From an uncultured Trueperaceae bacterium (GTDB lineage: Bacteria; Deinococcota; Deinococci; Deinococcales; Trueperaceae), in assembly GCA_963799485.1 (NCBI GenBank), contig CAWCXJ010000007.1, positions 224,001-288,000 on the forward strand: DNA of 64,000 bases. The letters run 5' to 3'. The notes under the pieces are model-generated. The model did no database searches, was not told the origin of the DNA, and worked only from the letters and a program-made list of their open reading frames with translations. A program made the position numbers and the translations under genes. Below, one piece after another: positions 1-9,422 of the stretch (positions within the stretch are counted from its first letter, which is position 1; each line of letters starts with the position of its first letter).

Positions 1-221
1 TTAAGCTCGCCTGCGGCCTTGTTGGTGAAGGTCACGGCTAGAATCTCGGTCGGGTAGACCTCGTGTGCGTCCATCAGGTAGGCGATGCGGTGAACGACGG
101 TGCGCGTTTTACCCGAACCTGCTCCGGCTAAAACCAGCGCCGGGCCTTGAAAATGCGTCGCCGCCGCCCGCTGCTCTTCGTTCAAAACGCTGATAAGGGG
201 GTGGTCTAAAGTTTCCGGCAC
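1..221 (-). CDS. pcrA: UvrD/PcrA ATP-dependent DNA helicase, N-terminal part (runs off window)
   Basis: Manual translation from GTG 221: [49 protein letters not shown]...[14 protein letters not shown] (Q motif, Walker A, motif Ia). Confidence 0.93.
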   Translation of the reverse strand, partial: MPETLDHPLISVLNEEQRAAATHFQGPALVLAGAGSGKTRTVVHRIAYLMDAHEVYPTEILAVTFTNKAAGEL

Positions 222-284
222 AGTCTGGCTATCATAACGCGCCTTTTGGCTTAAGCAGGCTAGAGCCCACCGCAAAAATGCCTC

Positions 285-665
285 AACAGCATAACGGTGC
301 AGGCAAGCCTCTGAAGTGCGGTAGAGCCAACTAAAAAAGCACTCGACTTTTCACCGACGCTGGTAACTAGGTTTTCTATCGTCTCGAGTCCCGGCCTTTT
401 CGCGGTTACGTCGGTGTAGTGCAATCATGTCAAGACCGGATTGGGCCGGCTCCGCGTCTAACAGGTCGCTGCCGCAGGCTTTGTCACCAATCAAGCGTTG
501 GGGCAATGGTCATAACCCTGCTGCTTTTACCTCGCTTGGTCTTGCCGACTTCGAGAGCCCTTTTTTAGCTGGGTAAACGTCTCGTCGATAAAACACTCGG
601 ACAAATCAGTGTCACCCCGCACGTACAGGTCATGAGCCAACCGCTCGAGGATGGCAGGCAACACT
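285..665 (-). pseudogene. Degraded IS5-family transposase remnant
   Basis: Minus-strand fragments LSECFIDETF..KKG / VGKTKRGK / LPQRLIGDKA..SD / DMIALHRRNR / KVECFFSWL with stops and frameshifts; match typical IS5 DDE motifs. Confidence 0.75.
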
Positions 666-764
666 TCGGCTTTCGACCAACTTCAAAACCGCCAATTACA
701 AGTCCGAGAAGGTGGATACTTCTCGGACAGGTCTTTTTACGGTGCGCCAGCTCTTAAAATCCAT

Positions 765-894
765 CCCCCGGCTTTATGCAGTTCGTCTCTCTGATTTGAC
801 GTTTTTTGAGATACGCCCTCAACACTTGCGGCTTCACGCCCGCCAACTGCTTGAACGCTTCTGGTTTCAGCCCTTTAACCGCTTCATAGCTCAC
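765..894 (-). pseudogene. N-terminal remnant of a second (ISL2-like) transposase
   Basis: VSYEAVKGLKPEAFKQLAGVKP resembles the 'YEQ.K.L.PE.FKRL.GV' start of HTH_Tnp_4 transposases; no continuation. Confidence 0.45.
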
Positions 895-1031
895 GCCTTA
901 CTTTCAATCCCCTAAGCCTATTGCCGGAGGTTGATGATAAAAAACGCCGTTCGGTAAAACTAAGGATCGTTGTAAAAGCAGCATGGCAGGAGTCGCTTGG
1001 TGGCTCTTTCTCGACCAGAGTCGGATTCAAC

Positions 1032-2084
1032 TCACCGGGTGAACGTCATACCCGGCTTTAACCGCCTAATAGCCGCCGCAATCAACTTGATGACGTTCTC
1101 GACGTCCTCCGGGTCGATCATCTCAACGGGCGAGTGCATATAGCGGTTGGGCAGGCTGACAACCGCCGTCGGTACGCCGCTACGGTTTTTGGCGATGTCG
1201 TCGGCGTCGGTGTAGGTGTGCGCGGCTGAGGTGCCGAACGTGTGCGGAATCCCCTCGGCTTCGGCGGTTTCCTCTAAGAGCGCTGTCAGCTCCCTGTGGG
1301 CATACGACCCGGTGGTCAGTTCAGCGCCCGAACCGAACGGTTTTTCACCCTCGCGTTTGACGTCTACCGTCGGTACATCGGTTGCGTGCGTTACATCTAC
1401 GGCAATCGCAGCGTCGGGTTCAAGGGTATGCGAGGCAATATACGCGCCGATACCGCCGATTTCTTCTTGCACTGTTCCGACAGCAGTCACCTCGGCTCCG
1501 GACTCTGCGGCGCGGCGGGCGGCCTCAAGAACAATAAACGCCCCGATACGGTCGTCGACGGCTTTTGAAACGAGCCGACCGTTGAGGAGCTCCAGAACGG
1601 GTTGTTCGATAACGGCAAAATCCCCGGCCCGGACGTGTTCTTTGGCTTCGTCGCCGCTTTTGGCTCCGACGTCGATCCACAAGGTCTCGATTTTAGAAAC
1701 TTTGCTGCGCTCTTCGCCTTCCATCAGATGAATAGGCTTTTTGCCGATGACGCCCATCAGTTCGCCTTTGTAACCCACGACGCGTACCCGCTGTCCGACG
1801 AGTTGCTGCGAGTCCCAACCGCCGACGCCCTTGAAGTAGATAAAACCTTCTTTGTCGATGTAGGTGACGAGCAGGCCGATTTCATCCAAATGTCCGGCGA
1901 GCATCACTCGAGGCTTGCCGCCCGTGCCAAATGTCGCGTAGACGTTACCGTAAACGTCGCGCTTTACGGTAGCGCCGTACTTTTCGGCTTGCGCCGCGTA
2001 AACGTCGGCGGGTTTTGTTTCGAAGCCGCTGGTACCGGGGGCCATAAGTAACTTGGTTAAAAAGTCTTTTTCGGCTTGATTCAC
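1032..2084 (-). CDS. M42 family metallo-aminopeptidase
   Basis: HLDEIG, KAVDDRIG, VQEEIG, DVT, RYMHSPVE motifs; start placed at GTG 2084. Confidence 0.92.
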   Translation of the reverse strand: MNQAEKDFLTKLLMAPGTSGFETKPADVYAAQAEKYGATVKRDVYGNVYATFGTGGKPRVMLAGHLDEIGLLVTYIDKEGFIYFKGVGGWDSQQLVGQRVRVVGYKGELMGVIGKKPIHLMEGEERSKVSKIETLWIDVGAKSGDEAKEHVRAGDFAVIEQPVLELLNGRLVSKAVDDRIGAFIVLEAARRAAESGAEVTAVGTVQEEIGGIGAYIASHTLEPDAAIAVDVTHATDVPTVDVKREGEKPFGSGAELTTGSYAHRELTALLEETAEAEGIPHTFGTSAAHTYTDADDIAKNRSGVPTAVVSLPNRYMHSPVEMIDPEDVENVIKLIAAAIRRLKPGMTFTR

Positions 2085-2260
2085 AAAGCGGACTCTACCA
2101 CGCACAGGAGAATCACCGAGTTGCTAAGTGCCTTACAGGGGCAGGTTTGCTGCTGAGCCGGACTATCTGTGACGCTTTTCGTAAGCGGCCTACGCGCGAA
2201 ACGCTGAGGTTGCCGCATAAGTACCTGCGCGGGCCGGTTTCGACTTATGATGGTCTGACG

Positions 2261-2794
2261 ATGGAGATTCGACCTGCCCGCCCCGACGACGTACCGGCAA
2301 TTGCCAAAGTTCATGTGGACAGCTGGCGCACGACCTATAAAGACATCCTTCCCAAAAGCTACCTCAACGACCTCTCTTACGACGCCCGCGAAACGATGTG
2401 GGAAGAGTCGTTCGGTGAAGCGAGCACCTCGTTTTTAATCGTTGCTGAAGACCAGGGCAAGGTCGTAGGGTTTTCCGCCGGGGGCAGAGCGCGCCAGGAT
2501 ACCCCGGAAGCCAAAGGTTACAGCGGCGAACTCTACGCGGTCTACACCCTCGAGACCTATCAGCGGCGCGGCCTCGGGCGGCGGCTTGTGGCGGCAGTTG
2601 CCGAAGAGCTTATTCACCGGGGGCTCGACACCATGATTACCTGGGTAATTGAAGACAACGCCGCCTGCCGTTTTTACGAACGGCTCGGCGGCGACCTTTT
2701 AGGCAGTAAAACCGTCGAAATTGCCGATATGTCGCTCCGGGCAGTGGCTTATGGGTGGGCGGACTTGAGCACCCTGCTTAAACCCGAGGTTTAG
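2261..2794 (+). CDS. GNAT family N-acetyltransferase
   Basis: IRPARPDD start, QRRGLGRRL acetyl-CoA motif, N..ACRFYERLG. Confidence 0.9.
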   Translation: MEIRPARPDDVPAIAKVHVDSWRTTYKDILPKSYLNDLSYDARETMWEESFGEASTSFLIVAEDQGKVVGFSAGGRARQDTPEAKGYSGELYAVYTLETYQRRGLGRRLVAAVAEELIHRGLDTMITWVIEDNAACRFYERLGGDLLGSKTVEIADMSLRAVAYGWADLSTLLKPEV

Positions 2795-2816
2795 ACGCAG
2801 CCACCTTCGCTTCTTA

Positions 2817-2844
2817 GGCGGTGAGCCGGTTTCAGCTCACCGCC
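2817..2844. terminator. Hairpin between convergent GNAT and rhodopsin genes (probable bidirectional terminator)
   Basis: GGCGGTGAGC-N8-GCTCACCGCC perfect 10-bp stem. Confidence 0.65.
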
Positions 2845-2861
2845 CCCAAGGCTAAATAGGT

Positions 2862-3692
2862 CTAATTCTCTGTGTTGACGTACTGAGCCGGGTTGCGAGT
2901 TTCACCTTCTGATGTGAGCGCGGGCCGGAACCCCTCGGCTTTACTCCGCCGCAGCGCGATATAACCGAGCAGCACGCCGTAAACGACCTTGGAGGTCACG
3001 TCGGCTACCGTAAAGGTGATAAGCCGCGCGACTGAGCCGCCTTCGCCAAACCAGATGACCGGCATCAGGTACGCGCCCGGATAGAGCATCCAAGAGATGA
3101 AAAGCAGCCAAAACACCCCGCGCATCAGCCCCTTGGCGTTGTCGGGCAGGTCCGGTAGCGACTGGTGTGTGACGCGCCAGACGATCACTAAAATCCACAA
3201 AAAGAAAACCGTGCTGATGGTGCCCCAGATATAGAGCTGCGCCGTGCTGGTCGTTTCATAAAACTGTCCGACGTACCCGGCGTAGATCATCGCCAGTCCC
3301 GCAACCACGAACTGCACCCAGTAGCGGCGAAACCGTGCCCCGGCAAACCCGGCAACGATCAAAAGCTGGGTGAGCAGCATCGGTACGTCGATGGTCCAGT
3401 TCATGTAGCGGTAGCCGTTGGAAAAGGTTGCGTTGCTCCGCTCCCACACGTCGCCGTTAAAGACGAACGCATTTTGCCAGCTCTGCTGCTGCTGAAACAA
3501 AATCAGCGCCGCCGAGATCATCACCACACCCGAAAGGACGTTGGACAAGCGGTAGCGCGGCGCAACCTGACCGATCGTCAGGCAAAAATAAAGGAGCGCG
3601 GCGAGGTGCGCTCCTACCCCAAAGGTCAAGACTTGCGAAACGATGTCCCACGAGACGGGCGAGTACGTAAACAAATTCTCCATATTTTCCAC
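2862..3692 (-). CDS. Microbial rhodopsin, NDQ motif (light-driven Na+ pump, KR2-like)
   Basis: 7-TM protein; helix C RYMNWTIDVPMLLTQ (N-D-Q); helix G DVTSKVVYG with retinal-binding Lys; start GTG 3692 or ATG 3683. Confidence 0.93.
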   Translation of the reverse strand: MENMENLFTYSPVSWDIVSQVLTFGVGAHLAALLYFCLTIGQVAPRYRLSNVLSGVVMISAALILFQQQQSWQNAFVFNGDVWERSNATFSNGYRYMNWTIDVPMLLTQLLIVAGFAGARFRRYWVQFVVAGLAMIYAGYVGQFYETTSTAQLYIWGTISTVFFLWILVIVWRVTHQSLPDLPDNAKGLMRGVFWLLFISWMLYPGAYLMPVIWFGEGGSVARLITFTVADVTSKVVYGVLLGYIALRRSKAEGFRPALTSEGETRNPAQYVNTEN

Positions 3693-3809
3693 AGTTGCCC
3701 CCCAACCAAGCTTGGTCTGCTACGGCCTTGACTTTAGACGAACGCAGCGGCAGTTTTGCGCTACCGTCTACCGACATTATGACGAAACCCAGCTGCTGCG
3801 TTTTGTAAG

Positions 3810-4100
3810 GTCTTACCAAGTTCGTGGCGTTAGCTCTGCCCGGTTGCGTTTTGGCCTACGCGGCGCAAGGGGATAAAGTTACGAAGTCGGGGTCAACCTG
3901 GGCGGTAAATCAGGTTTGCGTGTCTGTCACCCGCTTTATCTTACCGCTAGGCGCAACGGCGGTCGGCTACTCCTTCACCGCCACCGTCTGTTTTTTAGGT
4001 GCGGTTTTTGCGGTGCCGCTGCTGTTCGCGCTCTCGGCAGGAGAACGGCTTTACGCGGGCATCTTTGCAGAGCTGGCTGCCGGAAGTTTTGGCGTCGGCA
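3810..4100 (+). pseudogene. Possible C-terminal fragment of an MFS-like membrane protein
   Basis: Hydrophobic stretch WAVNQVCVSVTRFILPLGATAVGYSFTATVCFLGAVFAVPLLF without a clear start. Confidence 0.25.
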
Positions 4101-4154
4101 GCTTTTTTCGGCGGGGACAGGCACCCGAACTCGAGCTGCCGGACAGCGCACTAT

Positions 4155-4220
4155 TTATCGGTATCGTCATTTATCAGTATCGTTAGGTTATCGGTATCGT
4201 CATTTACCAGTATCGTCAGG
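4155..4220. repeat. Tandem 33-bp duplication built from four ~16-bp subunits
   Basis: TTATCGGTATCGTCATTTATCAGTATCGTTAGG / TTATCGGTATCGTCATTTACCAGTATCGTCAGG. Confidence 0.9.
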
Positions 4221-4433
4221 GAAGACAGGGTCTTCTTGCGGCAAGGAAACACCAGGCTCGAGGTGAACGGCCCGCTCCCCTTTTTGATAAAAAGTGACCG
4301 AGTAGTGCAGTTGCTGAAACAGGCCCTGAACCTGTGGGATTTCGCTTGCAGCGCCGCGCCCAAAAATAGGCCATTAACAACATAGGTCACTATCAAGTGC
4401 GGCTCGAGACACCTGCTGCAAACGGTCAAATCG

Positions 4434-5447
4434 CTACGAAACGCCGACGATCTCCGGTTTTAGCTTTTGCACAACGTCGGCCACGGCTTGCCGCGCGTGA
4501 ACCAGGCCGTTTTCGATAAATACGTCGCTGGTGCGGTCGCCGAAGCCTGCCGAGCCGATGAAATAGAGTCCGGGGACGGTGCTCTCGAATGTTTCGGGGT
4601 CGAGCGTGACCGAATGGTCTTGTGAGTTTCGCTCAATGTTCAAACTCCCCAAGAAGCCGCCGGGCGCAGCGTAGTAACCGGTCAGGGCAAAGGTCACGTC
4701 CGTCGGGATGCTGAACGTTTCGCCCTGTTTGTCAAAGATGACGTCTGTCGGCGTAATCTCCCGGACGACGCTGTTAAAATGCGCGGTAATCGAGCCTTCT
4801 TTGATACGGTTTTCTAGGTTTGGTTTGACCCAGTATTTGAGCGAATGCCGAAAACTATCGCCCCGGTGAACCATCGTGACCTTCGCCCCGGCGCGGTACA
4901 GCTCCAAAGCAGCGTCGGCCGCCGACGAACCCGCCCCAATGATGGTGACGTTACGGCCCCAGTGCAGGTGCGCTTCGTCGAAGTAGTGCGAGACGTTTGG
5001 CAAGTCTTCACCGGGAACACCGAGCATTTTGGGCGTATCGAAATAGCCGGTCGCTACCGCAACTTTACGGGCACGAACCGCTTCGGCGGGTTTGTTCTCC
5101 GGAACGACATTTAGTTCAAAGCCTTCACTGGTACGTTTTACGTCGGTTACGGGACTGTAAAGCCGAACGTTGAGCCCTTCACGCTGCGCGACTTTACGGT
5201 AATACTCCAAGGCTTCGCGCCGCGTCGGTTTGTCGATGGCGGTCACAAACGGATGATCGCCGACCTCGAGGCGGTCACTCGTCGTAAAAAAGGTCAGAAA
5301 CGTGGGCCAGCGGTAGATAGCGTCAACCATCGCGCCCTTGTCGAGCAGAATATGCGACATCCCGGCGCGTTTGGCGCGGATGGCGGCCTCGGTTCCGATA
5401 GGGCCGGCGCCGACGATCGCAAGGTCGTAAGTAAGGGGATCTGACAT
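4434..5447 (-). CDS. ypdA: YpdA-family putative bacillithiol disulfide reductase
   Basis: GAGPIG FAD motif, KPTRREALEYYR, ATGYFD.P, SHYFDEAH, WVKPNLENRIKEG, FIENG; start ATG 5447. Confidence 0.88.
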   Translation of the reverse strand: MSDPLTYDLAIVGAGPIGTEAAIRAKRAGMSHILLDKGAMVDAIYRWPTFLTFFTTSDRLEVGDHPFVTAIDKPTRREALEYYRKVAQREGLNVRLYSPVTDVKRTSEGFELNVVPENKPAEAVRARKVAVATGYFDTPKMLGVPGEDLPNVSHYFDEAHLHWGRNVTIIGAGSSAADAALELYRAGAKVTMVHRGDSFRHSLKYWVKPNLENRIKEGSITAHFNSVVREITPTDVIFDKQGETFSIPTDVTFALTGYYAAPGGFLGSLNIERNSQDHSVTLDPETFESTVPGLYFIGSAGFGDRTSDVFIENGLVHARQAVADVVQKLKPEIVGVS

Positions 5448-5541
5448 GGGTGTATGGTAGCAAGTAGCGTTCCAGACGTGGGCAAGAAGGCTTACAGAAA
5501 ACGACGTGTCTCTCGAGGGTTTACCGAAAGCGAACAGACGA

Positions 5542-6747
5542 TTACAAGCGCCGCACTGCCGGTACAAGTAAGCCCGTAAAGGCCAGAAAGACAGTTGCAA
5601 ATCCGTAAACCAAAATCAGCGGTGAAGTTCCAACACGCTCGGCTAAAAAACCGGTTGTAATAAACCCGAGCGGTAAGAGGGCAAACGACCCGAGCATATC
5701 GAGGCTGAACACGCGCCCGAGCAGCTCTTCTGGGACGAGCGCCTGCACCGTCGTCTCCCACACGACGCCGAAGACCGTGAGGCTCGCACCGACGCACACC
5801 ATCGCCCCTACGCCGAGGACGATGTGCGGCGAGAATCCTACGCCGACCAGCCCTAACCCGGAGACGGCAACCGCAAGATAGGCAGCCCAACCGCGCCGCT
5901 GTAGGGTGATTCGGTTGAGTACGAGCGCCGTAAACAATGCGCCGCCCGCCATCCCGGACAAAAGCCAGCCGAGCGACGTGGCACCGGCAAAACGCGTTTC
6001 TGCCAGCAAGGGGAGGAGCACAGTCGTAACCCCGGCAACAAAAATGTTGACGAATGAAAAGAGCACAATTGTCACCCACAACCAACGCGAGCCCGCCACG
6101 TACCGAAACCCTGCTTTGAGGTCTTGCCAGTAACCGGGGGTCGTTTCGGCTTGACGCTCTACAGGACGGGGCCGCATCGCCAGCAGACAGAGCGTCCCGA
6201 GTACGAACGTCAGTGCGTCGAAACCGAGTGCCAGACTCAGGCTCCCCAGCGTGATAAGGATGCCCCCGAGGGGTGGCCCGAGAATACCCGCCAGCTCCGA
6301 AGCGAACGAGCGCATAGCGTTGGCTTGGGGCAACACCTCACGGGGGACGAGTTGCGGCGTGATGCTCATCGTCGCGGGCATAAAAAATACGCTCAGCAGA
6401 CCGAACATTCCGGAGAGGACGTAAAGGTGGGGTAGCTCAAGCCTCCCACTCACCATCAATACCAAGACGACGCCCAGCAAGAATGCGTGAAGTACGTTAC
6501 TTACAAGCATCGTCAGACGCCTCGGAACCCTATCGACCAAGACGCCACCGGTCAGCAAAAAGAGCAGTTGCGGCACCGCGTAGACCGCCAGCACCCGTCC
6601 GATTTCACCGGCGCTGCCGCCCAGCGCGAGCACCAGAAACGGCAGCGCCACACTGTACACACGGTCGCCTAAAAGCGACACACTCTGACCGAGCCAGAAC
6701 CAGACGAAAGGCGTGTGCCGGAAGGGATGAGCCGCTGAGGTAGTCAT
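5542..6747 (-). CDS. MFS transporter (DHA3/macrolide-efflux-like)
   Basis: 12 TM, GQSVSLLGD, GVLVDRVPRR motif A, LLGRVFS. Confidence 0.88.
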   Translation of the reverse strand: MTTSAAHPFRHTPFVWFWLGQSVSLLGDRVYSVALPFLVLALGGSAGEIGRVLAVYAVPQLLFLLTGGVLVDRVPRRLTMLVSNVLHAFLLGVVLVLMVSGRLELPHLYVLSGMFGLLSVFFMPATMSITPQLVPREVLPQANAMRSFASELAGILGPPLGGILITLGSLSLALGFDALTFVLGTLCLLAMRPRPVERQAETTPGYWQDLKAGFRYVAGSRWLWVTIVLFSFVNIFVAGVTTVLLPLLAETRFAGATSLGWLLSGMAGGALFTALVLNRITLQRRGWAAYLAVAVSGLGLVGVGFSPHIVLGVGAMVCVGASLTVFGVVWETTVQALVPEELLGRVFSLDMLGSFALLPLGFITTGFLAERVGTSPLILVYGFATVFLAFTGLLVPAVRRL

Positions 6748-6776
6748 ACCCTCAGCTTTGGGCTAAGCTGCTCTCA

Positions 6777-7427
6777 GTGAAAGAGAAAAATGAAAGCAGC
6801 CCGTTTACGGTGACGACGCCGGAAGCTGCGCGGATGTTGCTCGAGCCCAAACACGCCCGCTTTATCGCGCCGTTTCTTGGACGCGAACGGCTTGTCGCAG
6901 AAGTTGCTCGAGAAATCGGTGCGCCCCTTAGCACGACCTTCAGGCACGTGACCCGTTACTGCGAGGTGGGCATTTTGGAGGTGACGCGGGAACAGACCCG
7001 CAAGGGTCGGGCGCTTAAATGTTACCGGACGGTTGCCGACGCTTTTTTTATTCCGAACCGTTTGCGAATGACCTCTCAAAATGTTTGGTTAGACGAGTTC
7101 GAGCAGATGACCAGAAGGGGTATCGAACACGTTTACGGCGAACATCTCCCGGATTGGGGCGAACTCATTTTTCGGAACGAGGCGGGGATTTTTACGACCA
7201 GCCTTGCTAAAGCGCCGGGACACCCTGTAACCGCACTCGAGCCGGACGCGCCCGCGACGCTGACGACCGCACACGACGCTATCTATCTGGACTTCGACGA
7301 TGCCAAACGTTTACAGCACGACCTGCACACGCTCTTTGAGGTATACGCCGCGAAAAGTGGAGCGCAGCGTTACCTTTTACGGCTCGGCCTGGTGCCGTTA
7401 CCCGAAGATGTCGAGCTGATTCTCTGA
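6777..7427 (+). CDS. Winged-HTH (ArsR-like) transcriptional regulator, divergent from MFS gene
   Basis: VAEVAREIGAPLSTTFRHVTRY..GILEV..RKGRALKCY. Confidence 0.75.
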   Translation: MKEKNESSPFTVTTPEAARMLLEPKHARFIAPFLGRERLVAEVAREIGAPLSTTFRHVTRYCEVGILEVTREQTRKGRALKCYRTVADAFFIPNRLRMTSQNVWLDEFEQMTRRGIEHVYGEHLPDWGELIFRNEAGIFTTSLAKAPGHPVTALEPDAPATLTTAHDAIYLDFDDAKRLQHDLHTLFEVYAAKSGAQRYLLRLGLVPLPEDVELIL

Positions 7428-7549
7428 CTTTAGCGCGCCTTCAAAAAAAGCAGCCACGAGATTTCTTCCATGTATCCCTGGACGCCTAACCCACCACGCC
7501 GCAACTTAATCGCGCGCGCTACTGATAACCGTTCGTAGTTGTTCTCTAT

Positions 7550-7800
7550 TCACCTTGCTCCCTCGAAAACCTAAAAGTCATAAAGTGCTTGCTCGCGGCT
7601 GTCTACCATCATCCGTAAACCACTACTACCCCAAAGAGTCCTGCAATCCGGGGAAGTCGCCGTAGCTGTCGAGTGGATGAACCCGGAACACTTCGGCGGT
7701 CGCGAGTTCCTTAATCCCCGCCATCACCTGACGTGACCCCCGAAACCCAAGCCAAGCGTCTCAACCTACCGACTCCGAGTCGGTAGGGGTTAAGTTTGTC
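7550..7800 (-). ncRNA. Degenerate HEARO/omegaRNA-like element (IS200/IS605 IscB/IsrB-type), orphan
   Basis: 5' AACCCCTACCGACT-CGG-AGTCGGTAGGTTG hairpin; internal ACAGCTACGGCGACTTCCCCGGATTGCAGGACTCT; 3' TTTCGAGGGAG able to pair with TTCCC. Confidence 0.45.
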
Positions 7801-7987
7801 CCGTACTTAGCGCGACGACATACCAAAGGACATGCGAGTCTGATGCACTATCGGTTTACGCCGCTTCTAAGATGTGCGCCTGCACCTACCCTTTGGCTTT
7901 TCAATGCCGGTAAGAGAACTACCATATGGGCAGTCTGGCGCGCACCGGGTTGTGCTGCGCGTGCTCGCGTCCTATTTTAGAAAGACG

Positions 7988-9322
7988 ATGGACAGCCTCA
8001 GTATCACCGCGCTCGCCACTTTATACCGTCAGAAAAAGCTATCGCCGGTAGAAGTAGTCAAAACGTGCTTGAAACGTATCGAACGGCTTAACCCGGCGCT
8101 CAACGCCTTCGTCACCATAACGGCAGAAACCGCGTTACAAGAAGCAAAACGAGCAGAGGCCGAGCTGCTAAGAGGCGTAGACCGGGGGCTGCTGCACGGC
8201 GTTCCGGTGGCCCTGAAAGACCTCATCGATACCGACGAGGTACGCACGACTTACGGTTCTAGCGTGAGAACGTCGCACCTCCCGCAGGACGCCGATATTG
8301 TCCGCCACCTTAAAGCAGCAGGCACGATCAGTTTAGGCAAAACGAACTTGCTCGAGTTCGCCTACGGCGTGGTTCACCCGGACTTCGGCCCAACGCTCAA
8401 CCCGTGGCGTCAGTCGCGCACCGCCGGAGGTTCGTCGGGGGGCAGCGCCGCCGCGGTTGCCGCAGGGCTATGCTGCGCCGCAGTCGGCACGGATACGGGT
8501 GGCTCGGTTCGCATTCCGGCATCTTACTGTGGCGTCGTCGGCTTCAAGCCGAGCTACGGTTTAGTTGATACCAAAGGCGTTTTCCCCTTGTCTGAGTCAC
8601 TCGACCATATAGGGCCGATTGCGCGCAACTGCCGCGATGCGGCAGCGCTGCTAGAGGCACTGACCGGGCAGCATTTTCCGGTCAGCCCTGCACTCGACGG
8701 TCTACGTTTTGGCGTTGATCCGGGCTACTTGGAACGCACCGAGATTGAAGAGGGCGTTTTAACAGCGTTTGCTGAGGCGTGTAGTGCGTTTCGTGCAGCG
8801 GGCGCAAAAATGATAGAAATCGATCTGGGGCTCGCGGGAGCCAACGCTGCCCTGTTAGACATACTGCTCCCCGAAGCAAGTCTGATTCACGAAGATTTTC
8901 TTCCAGAGTATCGGGAGGACTACGCACCCGGAACGTTAGCACAGCTCGAGGGAGGCTCGGCCGTTTCCGCGATAACCTACCTGAAAGCACAGGGAATTCG
9001 AAAAACCCTGCAAACCCGCTTTACCGAGCATTTCCGCTCGGTGGACGCGCTGCTCATGCCGACGGTGCCGTGGGTAGCACCCTCCGAAGACCCGAGTGTG
9101 ACCGGCGACGAAGGCGAGGCCGAGATGCACTTTACCGGCCCCTTTAATCTGCTCGGCCTCCCCGCACTTTCCGTCCCATGCGGTTTTGAAAACGGGCTAC
9201 CGGTAGGGTTGCAAATCGTTACTGCACCGCAAACGGACGCTCAAACGCTCGGTATCGGCGCAGCTTACGAACGGTTATGTCCGTTTTCGCTGCCTGACGC
9301 TAACGAAAACTTTAACGGTTGA
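7988..9322 (+). CDS. Amidase signature family protein (GatA-like)
   Basis: GVPVALKD, GGSSGGSAAAVA, GTDTGGSVRIPAS. Confidence 0.92.
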   Translation: MDSLSITALATLYRQKKLSPVEVVKTCLKRIERLNPALNAFVTITAETALQEAKRAEAELLRGVDRGLLHGVPVALKDLIDTDEVRTTYGSSVRTSHLPQDADIVRHLKAAGTISLGKTNLLEFAYGVVHPDFGPTLNPWRQSRTAGGSSGGSAAAVAAGLCCAAVGTDTGGSVRIPASYCGVVGFKPSYGLVDTKGVFPLSESLDHIGPIARNCRDAAALLEALTGQHFPVSPALDGLRFGVDPGYLERTEIEEGVLTAFAEACSAFRAAGAKMIEIDLGLAGANAALLDILLPEASLIHEDFLPEYREDYAPGTLAQLEGGSAVSAITYLKAQGIRKTLQTRFTEHFRSVDALLMPTVPWVAPSEDPSVTGDEGEAEMHFTGPFNLLGLPALSVPCGFENGLPVGLQIVTAPQTDAQTLGIGAAYERLCPFSLPDANENFNG

Positions 9323-9348
9323 CTGTATATCTATTAACTGTTACAGTC
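9319..9348 (+). promoter_or_regulatory. Sigma70-type promoter overlapped by an inverted-repeat operator
   Basis: TTGACT-17-TACAGT; GACTGTA-N14-TACAGTC inverted repeat. Confidence 0.65.
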
Positions 9349-9422
9349 TACCATAACAGTTGTGCGATCCCCGGCCAGGAAATCGGCAGACTGTTACCTG
9401 GAGGCCCTTGGTGAGGAGATTC

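Noticed and set aside
4155..4220. Possible mini-CRISPR array
   Set aside because: Repeats abut with no unique spacers, and there are no cas genes in the window.
4434..5600. Extended N-termini in the ORF track (also ORF starts 2147, 7874, 12716, 57469)
   Set aside because: Downstream starts fit RBS position and family domain boundaries better.
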